A program made the translations under genes and the position numbers. Under the pieces are notes generated by a model. It did no database searches. It was not told the DNA's origin and saw only the letters and a list, made by a program, of their open reading frames with translations. A stretch of 64,000 nucleotides of DNA. Origin: an uncultured Candidatus Saccharibacteria bacterium (lineage in GTDB: Bacteria > Patescibacteriota > Dojkabacteria > SC72). The stretch lies in contig CAZLLO010000003.1 of NCBI GenBank assembly GCA_964560525.1, forward strand, positions 9,585 to 73,584, in the 5' to 3' direction. Positions 49,832 to 58,112 of the stretch are shown one piece after another; position 1 is the stretch's first letter, and each line of letters begins with the position of its first letter.

Positions 49832-52244
49832 TATTAGGTATATAGCTAGGCACATTCCCTTGTGGAGTTGTGTGCTCTCTACCTTTTTGAATATCCTCCC
49901 TTGATTGTACCACTTGTCCTGATACAGTGTTTTGTTTTATGGTATCTAAGAAAGATTGTTGGCTTTTGAATTTGTCAGGGTTTAGTTCTAGCTCTTGTTG
50001 TCTAAGTCTTTCTTCTAATTCCTTTTGATATTGTGATCTCTCATCTTCGATAAGCTCTTGGTCGGATTTTCTTTTCTGTATTGCCTGATCTATCACATGT
50101 TGTTGTCTTTCCAAACTTTTCCCATCTCTCATAGGTTGTTGTTCTGCAGGTGGTTCATATATCTGTGCTAAATCCTCAAGTGTACGTGTATCTGTTGCTC
50201 CAGCATTTGCTCTTTGTGCTTCGAGTTCCTTTGGATCTGTGGTAATTAATTCATGTTCTGCCTGACTTGATATGATTTGGATGCCGACATGGTTAGCTCC
50301 TGCAAAGAAAAGACCTTGTCCTCGGTCACAACTTAACAAGAAATTCTTTTCTCCGTCAGATAGATTGAAAACTGTTTGGAGTTTATCTACAGAAGAGGGA
50401 CTTTGTTTCATCAATATTTGCATAGAAGAGTTAGATATGATGGCTTTTCCCATATCATTGCTTAGGAAGTCAGATACATCCTGTGTTATTGTGGAGAGGC
50501 CAAGATAGTATTTTCTTGCTCTTTTTGCAATTGAATACATGAAGTTTGCAGAATCAAGGCTTTGCATCATATACCAAGCTTCATCAACGATTAGTAATCT
50601 TCTCTTTTGATCTTTTCTAATCTTAGTCCATATGAAATCGAGCATTAGATACATTGATAGAGGCTTGAGCTCATCTTGTAAATCTCTAATACTAAATACT
50701 GTAAAAGGATTGTTAATTTCGAAATTACTTGCTTCATTGAATATACCTGCGGCACTGCCGATGATATATTTTTCCATTCTTCTTGCTAAATCATGAGCTT
50801 CATTCTCGGCCATTCCCTTTAGTACCTTATACATATCTTCAAGTAGTGGAGGCTGTTTGGTTTGAGTTGAAGGATCAAATGTAATACCTTTCTCACGATA
50901 GGTGAGTATTAATGCTTTATCCAACAGGGACTCTTCAACATTACTTAGTCCTCCGAAAAGAATTTTAAAGAAACCGTGTAGAGATAGTAATTTCATTCTC
51001 AATTCATCATCTCCTTCTTCTGTGATCCCTGATAGCTCAAATGGATTCATCTTGTTTCCTTTGTCCTGGGAGAATGAAATGTAAGAACCGTTTACTGCAT
51101 TTGAGAGGGCTTGGTATTCTTTCTCAGGGTCAATGATTATAATTTCGGTACCAAGCATCAGACTTCTAAGTACTTCTAATTTCACAAAGTAGCTTTTACC
51201 TGCACCAGCTTTTGCAAATACTACAGTATTTGCATTTTCTAATTGGAATCTATCAAAGATAACCAAGCTCTTGTTATGCATATTTATTCCGTACATGATT
51301 CCATGGTCCATTGTTAGTTCGGAAGTTACAAATGGGAATGTAGTTGCAAGAGAAGTGGTATCCATATTTCTGGTTATGAAGAGTGGATCTAGGCCAAGAG
51401 GTTGTGTACTTATAAATCCTTGTGCTTGTTGCAGTGTAGCTGGTTTGGCTACTACGCTCATTGCTGCGAGGGTAGAGGTTACATTTCTAGAATATTTTTC
51501 TAAGAGGTTTTTGTTTGGTGCATATATTGTTATATACATTCCAAAGTGAAAATATTTTTCAGATCCTTCTGCAATGGAATCTTGAAGTTGTTGTGCATCT
51601 GAAAGCGCAACCTTAAGAGTAGGGTCTACAACTTTTCTATCTTCCATTTGAGAGTAGAGAGTTGCTTCCATTTCACCAATCTTTCTCTTAAGTTTTTCCA
51701 GTATCTCCTTTGTTTCTACAGGGTAGTAAAAGGTACTAATTCTTAAAGAATGTTCAAAGTTGACGATAGGGGAAAGCCAGTTTGGGCCTACAACACGAGG
51801 ATATCCACTAATGAAGAATGTCTTAAAATAGTAGTCTCCCATTTGAAGATGATTGAAGTCTATTTCCATATCTATTGGGGCAACTATATCCTTGATAGCC
51901 ATCTTCTCGTCTATCAGGGTTAGATCCTCATCTACTTCTGATGCAGGCTTAATTTCCTCACCTCCAGCTTTCTTTTTATTTACTACAGAAGATATCTTAT
52001 CTAGTAGCTTTAATAGGGGATTCTTTGATTTAGGTTTTTTCTCTTCGGAGTTTTCTTCAACGAGAGGATCTACGACTCTATTTGCTTCTGGTCTTTCTCT
52101 GGCAGTGGAAACTTCTTTTTGTAAGTCTTGTCTAAAAGTCTGATACTTTTCTCCCGCAGTTTGGAGTTTCTCTTCCTGGCTATGTAACTGCTCCATGGTC
52201 TTGCTCTCTATTACTGGATTTTCGTTTAGATTGTTATTTTCCAT
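49812..52244 (-). CDS. VirB4-like (ConE/TraE type) secretion ATPase
   Basis: AKAGAGKS, IIIDPEKEY, LIVDEAW, KRARKY, ITQDVSDF. Confidence 0.9.
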   Translation of the reverse strand: MENNNLNENPVIESKTMEQLHSQEEKLQTAGEKYQTFRQDLQKEVSTARERPEANRVVDPLVEENSEEKKPKSKNPLLKLLDKISSVVNKKKAGGEEIKPASEVDEDLTLIDEKMAIKDIVAPIDMEIDFNHLQMGDYYFKTFFISGYPRVVGPNWLSPIVNFEHSLRISTFYYPVETKEILEKLKRKIGEMEATLYSQMEDRKVVDPTLKVALSDAQQLQDSIAEGSEKYFHFGMYITIYAPNKNLLEKYSRNVTSTLAAMSVVAKPATLQQAQGFISTQPLGLDPLFITRNMDTTSLATTFPFVTSELTMDHGIMYGINMHNKSLVIFDRFQLENANTVVFAKAGAGKSYFVKLEVLRSLMLGTEIIIIDPEKEYQALSNAVNGSYISFSQDKGNKMNPFELSGITEEGDDELRMKLLSLHGFFKILFGGLSNVEESLLDKALILTYREKGITFDPSTQTKQPPLLEDMYKVLKGMAENEAHDLARRMEKYIIGSAAGIFNEASNFEINNPFTVFSIRDLQDELKPLSMYLMLDFIWTKIRKDQKRRLLIVDEAWYMMQSLDSANFMYSIAKRARKYYLGLSTITQDVSDFLSNDMGKAIISNSSMQILMKQSPSSVDKLQTVFNLSDGEKNFLLSCDRGQGLFFAGANHVGIQIISSQAEHELITTDPKELEAQRANAGATDTRTLEDLAQIYEPPAEQQPMRDGKSLERQQHVIDQAIQKRKSDQELIEDERSQYQKELEERLRQQELELNPDKFKSQQSFLDTIKQNTVSGQVVQSREDIQKGREHTTPQGNVPSYIPNNDGTKQ

Positions 52245-52884
52245 CTTCTTCTTCCTCCTCTGGGTTATATATGGTATAGAATTCTGAAAGTAATTCAGTA
52301 TTATTTAATTGATGCCCGAACAATCCCATACGTGAGAGCTGTTTAAGAATATGATCTCTTTTGGGGTACAAGAAGATCTTTCCCTTCTCGAGTAGTTGGT
52401 CTATCTGCATTTGTTTGTATTGTTCTTCCTCTTCTTTGTTTCTTTTCGACTTAAGAATATTACCAGTTGGTATGGAAATCCCAGGACTGTATGGAACTAC
52501 TATGAAGAAATTCTTGTCTAAAACATCGTTTTGAATAATTAAATTCTGTACGAATTTGGTATATATCTCTAACTGTTTGCGTAAACCCTCTGTCATTTCT
52601 CGTTTCTTTTGAGATTCAAGATAGTCTACGTAATTCGCAATATCAATTCTCTTTGTTCTAATGAGTATTTGAATCCTGAAATTTAGTGAATTCAAAAGTC
52701 CTGCGAAAGAAAATATCTTGCTATCTTGCTCATATTCTGCGAGAAGGTCAAAGTTAATTGCGGAAGTTCGTATCACCATCGCCACACTACCGCTATTAGT
52801 GATGATTAAATCGTCTCTGATCTCTTTCAGTTGCAATTGGTCTTGTGTTGAAGCTATTGCTCTAGCTCTTGCGTTTTTGTCCAC
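52234..52884 (-). CDS. VirB4-associated protein (TraC/TraE N-terminal-like)
   Basis: STQDQL..IRDD, AINFDLLAEYEQ, LNSLNFRIQI, FFIVVPY; between prgI-like and virB4-like genes. Confidence 0.7.
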   Translation of the reverse strand: MDKNARARAIASTQDQLQLKEIRDDLIITNSGSVAMVIRTSAINFDLLAEYEQDSKIFSFAGLLNSLNFRIQILIRTKRIDIANYVDYLESQKKREMTEGLRKQLEIYTKFVQNLIIQNDVLDKNFFIVVPYSPGISIPTGNILKSKRNKEEEEQYKQMQIDQLLEKGKIFLYPKRDHILKQLSRMGLFGHQLNNTELLSEFYTIYNPEEEEEDGK

Positions 52885-52886
52885 TT

Positions 52887-53687
52887 TTAAATTGTCTTAA
52901 TTTTAATAGGTAATTTATGATCTGTTTCCTGAATGATTATTTGTACTTTAGGAAATTTAAACTGTGGGTGTTGGAACTCTAGGTAATATACACCTTTCTC
53001 CCAAATCCTGTTAGTCAAGAAATATCCACTTTGGCCAGTTCTATTCGCATACAATACTTTTCCGTCTTGTCCTTTCATGTAAGTTACTACATTTGGAACA
53101 GGTTTCATATCTTGAGTGTATAGCCAGACATTAATATTTCCAGGTAATTTCTCCAAACTCTGTATGCTAAATTCATAATTAGCTCGATTCTCATCTGATA
53201 TTACTAGTGCTTGAGGGGTTGATGGTATAGTATCTGGTTTTGTAGGTACTGTTTGCTCGGGTATCACTGCTATCTTCTTTTGAATCCCGCCGCCAATAAT
53301 TGTGCTTGTATTTTCTTTGAAACTCTTCTCTACTAATTTCCCCTCTGTACTAGGTTTAACTTCTGGTTTTACTCTTTCTTCTTTCATTTGGCTATTTAGC
53401 CAAACCATTTGTGTCGGAGCACTAATCGCATTGACATAGTTCTTTATGAAGACATCAGCGTCTTGGTCATTAACTGGAACTATTCCCAGGAATATTCCTG
53501 CACCACCAGTTACTATTGCAATTGGAATTCCTACTAATGCAGGGATAGTACCTCCTACTACTAGATACACCATGATTCCAGCTAACCCAAGTCCAACCGC
53601 AAGATATGCAAATTCTTTGAGTGTGAACTTAGTAAAGAGTTTGAACTCTACGTCTAATATATTTTGTGGTATAGGGTGTTGTCTCAT
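52887..53687 (-). CDS. PrgI-family (VirB3-like) membrane protein with C-terminal beta-sandwich domain
   Basis: HPIPQNILDVEFKLF..FTLKEF, two TM helices; C-terminal carboxypeptidase-regulatory-like pattern. Confidence 0.8.
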   Translation of the reverse strand: MRQHPIPQNILDVEFKLFTKFTLKEFAYLAVGLGLAGIMVYLVVGGTIPALVGIPIAIVTGGAGIFLGIVPVNDQDADVFIKNYVNAISAPTQMVWLNSQMKEERVKPEVKPSTEGKLVEKSFKENTSTIIGGGIQKKIAVIPEQTVPTKPDTIPSTPQALVISDENRANYEFSIQSLEKLPGNINVWLYTQDMKPVPNVVTYMKGQDGKVLYANRTGQSGYFLTNRIWEKGVYYLEFQHPQFKFPKVQIIIQETDHKLPIKIKTI

Positions 53688-53762
53688 AAGGCAGATTTTA
53701 CTATTTTTCTTTTTAAAAGTTTACCAGAATATTAAGAAAAGTTTTAGATGGTATAATAAACG

Positions 53763-54533
53763 ATGTATACACCACTAAAAGCCTTTGAGGAATTATCAAA
53801 ATTTAGATTGTTGATGAATTGTTCTGTATCTGAGGAGAAGGCAAAGTATATCTGGGGGAAGAATTTCACAAAGAATTTAGACAAGAAGTTGGGAAATGAA
53901 AGAGTAGGGGATGTGGTTCTTTCTAAGTTAGAAATTGCAAAAAAGAATCTAAAATATCTTAAGGTTGGTAACTGGGTTAAGTTTATTGGTATTTCTGGAT
54001 CTGTAGCTGCGGGGTTTGCAAAGCAAGAAGATGATATTGATGTTTTCGTGGTTGTAGAAAATGATACTGCATGGATATATAGAGCATTGTTGATGTTTAA
54101 GAATATATTTCATAGGAAGATACGTATAAAGAGGGATGGTGAGATGGTTATGGATAAGTTATGTATTAATTTCATATGTGAGGAAAAGGGGCTTCAATTA
54201 GAGAATGATATGTTTAATTTTCATGAGCTTATGTACTTAATTCCTATTTGCAATGAGAAATATCTTAACTACATCTATTCTAAAAACGTATGGTTAAAAG
54301 AGGAGTATGGGGTTAAGAATGAATTGTTGGTTAATAGGGTGTGGGTAGAGAGAAGAAGGAATATTTTTTTAATGATTTTAAACTTTAAGGCTTTTTGCTT
54401 ACAATTAATATTCATGATTATTACTAATCATGGTCCGGAGATACCTAGATTAAAGAGTAATTTTAAAGAAGGAAGGATAGAATTCTTTCCTGTGGATTAC
54501 AAGGAGAAAAGAATAGAAAAGTATTTAAATTAA
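53763..54533 (+). CDS. Pol-beta superfamily nucleotidyltransferase-domain protein
   Basis: ISGSVAAG...DDIDVFVV; KLCINF. Confidence 0.75.
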   Translation: MYTPLKAFEELSKFRLLMNCSVSEEKAKYIWGKNFTKNLDKKLGNERVGDVVLSKLEIAKKNLKYLKVGNWVKFIGISGSVAAGFAKQEDDIDVFVVVENDTAWIYRALLMFKNIFHRKIRIKRDGEMVMDKLCINFICEEKGLQLENDMFNFHELMYLIPICNEKYLNYIYSKNVWLKEEYGVKNELLVNRVWVERRRNIFLMILNFKAFCLQLIFMIITNHGPEIPRLKSNFKEGRIEFFPVDYKEKRIEKYLN

Positions 54534-54550
54534 TTTAGTAATAAAGAACA

Positions 54551-54874
54551 ATGATCGACTATATGAATAACTATATGGAATATATAAAAACCATATTAAA
54601 GAAAGAAAATATAAATGAATCTATTAAGAAAGATTTTCTTGAACATATACAATTTATGCAACATGAAAGACTAATACATCTATTAGTTACTATGTTATTT
54701 GCATCATTATTAATGTTTGGATTTATTATTATGCTTATATATTTCTCTTGGATATTGGTAGTATTTACAGCAATAATATTTATTGTAGAAATATTCTATA
54801 TATTCCATTATTACAAACTAGAGAATGGAATACAGAGGATGTATAGGTTGTATGATGAAGTAACTAAGAAATAG
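54551..54874 (+). CDS. Small 2-TM hypothetical protein, accessory
   Basis: QHERLIHLLVT, two TM helices, HYYKLENGIQ. Confidence 0.7.
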   Translation: MIDYMNNYMEYIKTILKKENINESIKKDFLEHIQFMQHERLIHLLVTMLFASLLMFGFIIMLIYFSWILVVFTAIIFIVEIFYIFHYYKLENGIQRMYRLYDEVTKK

Positions 54875-55358
54875 CCTTTATTGTATACACAATTTTTTCT
54901 TTAATCTCCTCGTATGAGGAAGAATCTTTAATGTCTAGTATGACTAACTTATGATCTTTTTCATCATCATATTTATTCTTCATATCAATACAATCCTTTA
55001 ATATCTCTTTCTTTTGTTCCAGAGGATCTATTTTTGAAAAATCTCCAATAGAACCGTTTTCTTTTCTCTTTTCGTAATTCTGTTTAAGAAGAGTATCTGA
55101 AGGATTTAGTATGAATATGAGAGATTTTTTATACAAAGATTTCAAAATATACCATTTTCGATATATCCAACAATGGTCAAATATAACAGTAGGGTAATAA
55201 AACGGATTCATATGATCTAATATATTAAAATAGTTTCCCTTAGTGGTTTCATTTATAAGGGGAATGTTAAGTTCTTTTGATATTTCTTCTGCAAGTGTAC
55301 TTTTACCTGCAGTTACTGGCCCTGAAATAATAATACCGATATTTCCTATTGCTTCCAT
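54864..55358 (-). CDS. P-loop nucleotide-kinase-like protein
   Basis: IISGPVTAGKSTLA Walker A; TGnTATAAT 7 nt before the ATG. Confidence 0.75.
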   Translation of the reverse strand: MEAIGNIGIIISGPVTAGKSTLAEEISKELNIPLINETTKGNYFNILDHMNPFYYPTVIFDHCWIYRKWYILKSLYKKSLIFILNPSDTLLKQNYEKRKENGSIGDFSKIDPLEQKKEILKDCIDMKNKYDDEKDHKLVILDIKDSSSYEEIKEKIVYTIKAIS

Positions 55359-55429
55359 ATACTTTATTATACCAGTATTTAAAAAAAAACAATTACTGTG
55401 TCTTTCAATATCCCCATTATTTAATAATA

Positions 55430-55438
55430 TGATATAAT
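55430..55438 (+). promoter_or_regulatory. Extended -10 promoter for the leader-peptide/tRNA-Trp transcript
   Basis: TGATATAAT; ATG follows after 7 nt. Confidence 0.75.
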
Positions 55439-55445
55439 CATTCCC

Positions 55446-55499
55446 ATGAATAAAGCATATAACCTAAATCAGAAGTTCTGGCGACCCTCTAACAATTAA
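55446..55499 (+). CDS. Putative Trp-sensing leader peptide MNKAYNLNQKFWRPSNN
   Basis: Leaderless start geometry; single TGG (55479-55481) in WRPS, resembling TrpL WWRTS; overlaps alternative hairpins; 59 nt upstream of tRNA-Trp. Confidence 0.6.
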   Translation: MNKAYNLNQKFWRPSNN

Positions 55500-55558
55500 G
55501 AGGGTGTGATGCTTTATACATATATTTCCATAAAGATTTTTGTTTAAGTATCTACCAT

Positions 55559-55635
55559 GGGTGGATAGTTTGAATTGGTTAAAACGGTAGTCTCCAAAAC
55601 TACAGTTATGGGTTCAATTCCCATTCCACCTACCA
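55559..55635 (+). tRNA. tRNA-Trp (CCA), G1-U72, discriminator A73, encoded CCA end
   Basis: GGGTGGA/TCCACCT acceptor, GTTT/AAAC D-stem, GTAGT-CTCCAAA-ACTAC anticodon arm, ATGGG-TTCAATT-CCCAT T-arm. Confidence 0.95.
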
Positions 55636-55663
55636 TTCTAACTAATATTTACTAAATTAAATT

Positions 55664-57071
55664 ATGGAAATCGAAATAATGGAAAACAATCAAAATGAAA
55701 TATCAATACTCGAGCAGGAAATCCCTGTAGGAGGAGTTTTTAAACCCATATCCAAGGTTATTGAAGAAAGAGTAGCTCAGGAAACAGAAGAAAGATTAAA
55801 TACTGAAAAATTCAAATCAAAGTATGAAGATCCTTCATCTCAATTCGCCCAATTGCAAGTTAATAGCTATATGAAGTTGATTAGACCAAGAGGAGAAGAG
55901 GAGTTTGTAAAACTCAAAGAAGTAGTTACTGAAGATGAATTAGACGACACAAAAGTTGTAGAAAATATTGATTACCCTAACTATCAATCTCTGCAAAATG
56001 GAGTAGGTGAAATCAATATAAAAAAAGAAGATCTTTCTACCATACGAGGAATATTTGCAAAGGCAAATATAAGATTAAATCAAAAGCTAAAAGCTTCTGT
56101 AACGAGTACAGACCTATATAATATGTTGTATTCAGAGCTCTCTGAGAAGAGAATGAGTGACTATCAATACTTAGTTTGGCAACTGTCTTAGAATTGCCGA
56201 AGAAAAATCTCCAGAAAATAGCGAGCAAAGAGATTGCATAGCCAAAGCCTTGCTCTACTATCAATTAGAAATAGGTACCTATGGAGGAAGTGAAAAGCTA
56301 GGATTAGCATTAAACAATATCGCAAATGCAATTGCTTCAAATATTCCGCTCCTGTATTTTGTTCCAATTTGTTTGAGATACTACTATGATTTTGAAGGAG
56401 AGCAGCAAGTTCTTCCTGATATTGAAACACATAATTTAGTAAACAGCTCAGGAGAGGTAATTACAAAAGAAGGAGAAGAATTTAAACAACATATATCAGA
56501 TGGAATTGAAAAAATTTTGTTATTACAATCTCTTGGAGTTCCCATCAAGATTGTTATGCCTGTGATGGATCATGAAATACTCCGACCAGAAAGGATGCAT
56601 ACAAAAGTTAATGAGGGGAAAATACGAACATATATACAAGCGGTTAAACAATATGGGGAGAGAATAGACAAAAGTATTACAGCGAAATCTTCTTTGAAGC
56701 TTTTTGGTATTCCACAGAACCATATTGAGTTTGATGAAATTCTAACTGATGTGAGGGAATCAAACAAAAGAATGTATTGTGGTGAAAGCAAATTTAGAAT
56801 TAGTGAAAGTACTTTTGAACATGCTGTGAATGAGGATTATGAAAGAAATTCTCAAGATAAAGAAAGGAATTCATATTACAGGAGTAGAGAATTTGCCAGA
56901 TTATGTGTTCAATATGGATTTGGAGAGGATAGGGTACATGCTGTGGAAATGAGTAGGATGGCAAAGGTGAATGGATATAGCGGCTGTTTTGTTAAATTGC
57001 CATATGGGGCGGAGACGGATATGTTAATTTTTAATACGGGAAAAGATGTAGTAGTAACGTTTGGTAAGTAA
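55664..57071 (+). pseudogene. Frameshifted gene (55664-56191 plus +1 frame 56175-57071; 468 aa if joined): pseudogene, sequencing error or programmed frameshift
   Basis: The +1 frame is open from 56175 (FGNCLRIAEEKSPENSEQRDCIAKALLYY...) and has no ATG near its beginning; the frames overlap by only 17 nt. Confidence 0.65.
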
Positions 57072-57074
57072 AAA

Positions 57075-58112
57075 CTAAAGAGAATTCAAATCAATCAGCT
57101 GCGCTTTTTTTAGTATTTCCTTTGGTAATTCCAAATGATTAATAATGGTTATGAATGTTTGTTGCTTCTGTATATTCTCCTCCCCAAATATCTTATGTGT
57201 ATTCTTAGGATCCAACTCCGAAGCAATATCATCTAACAAAAGAGTAGGGTAGAATCCCAATTTCTTGTTTAAAACATCCTGGACTTTAAATATCAAATTC
57301 CCAATAGCCAACCTCTTCTCACCCCTAGAACCATACTTCTTAATATTCTTCTCAACAATAATCTCCCAATCATCCCTCTGAGGACCAATATTAGAACAAC
57401 CAGTAACAATATCCCGCTTCTTTGCATCTTCAATACACTCCTCTAAATCCTTGTCATTAGATTTAATATATTCCAAAGAAAAACCATCAGAAGAAAGCTC
57501 ATCAACCAATTCTAACCTTTTAGTTTGAATAATCTTAGAAAGATTTACAAACTCATTAGTCCAGAAATTAAGTTGAGTATCATTACGGGCTATAATCCCC
57601 TGCTCGTAGAACTTCTTAGCAAGCTTTTTTAAATATGCATTCCTCTGTCTTAAAACCTTTCTAAATTGCGCCAAAGTATCATTGTACTCATAGTCAATTT
57701 GGGATATAACCTCATCAAGAAAATCCCTCCTTCGAGAAGGAGAAATCATCAAAATCTCAATCTGTTCAGGATTAAATATCGTAGACGCATTACTCTGAAA
57801 AAACTTCTTAGGAGTAGTATTCTGGTTATCTATCTTACAAACCCTTCGACTTTGATCCTTAAAGAACGCAAACAGATGTTCATCCGTAGCTATCTCAATT
57901 CTTGCAAATTTGTCTTCTTCATTTTGAGTATTGTTAACAAATTCATCAGATACTGCCCATGGAGATTTACCATTAGTAAGGAGATATATAGCTTCGAGGA
58001 TAGTACTTTTCCCTTGTGCATTATTCCCATACAACACTACAATATCCTTGTTAATATCAATTTGTACATTCTCAAATCTTCTGAAATTTGTTAACTTTAT
58101 GCTTTTAATCAT
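57075..58112 (-). CDS. recF: DNA replication/repair protein RecF
   Basis: LTNFR, GNNAQGKSTILEAI, RRRDFLD, LRQRNAYLK, GPQRDD, YGSRGEKR, LLLDDIASELD. Confidence 0.93.
   Translation of the reverse strand: MIKSIKLTNFRRFENVQIDINKDIVVLYGNNAQGKSTILEAIYLLTNGKSPWAVSDEFVNNTQNEEDKFARIEIATDEHLFAFFKDQSRRVCKIDNQNTTPKKFFQSNASTIFNPEQIEILMISPSRRRDFLDEVISQIDYEYNDTLAQFRKVLRQRNAYLKKLAKKFYEQGIIARNDTQLNFWTNEFVNLSKIIQTKRLELVDELSSDGFSLEYIKSNDKDLEECIEDAKKRDIVTGCSNIGPQRDDWEIIVEKNIKKYGSRGEKRLAIGNLIFKVQDVLNKKLGFYPTLLLDDIASELDPKNTHKIFGEENIQKQQTFITIINHLELPKEILKKAQLIDLNSL

Noticed and set aside
53763-54874. MNT-HEPN toxin-antitoxin pair
   Set aside because: The downstream gene is a 2-TM membrane protein and not recognisably HEPN; the nucleotidyltransferase is larger than a minimal MNT
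54540-57074. Prophage or integrative element at tRNA-Trp
   Set aside because: No integrase, phage genes or duplicated tRNA 3' end (att site) seen
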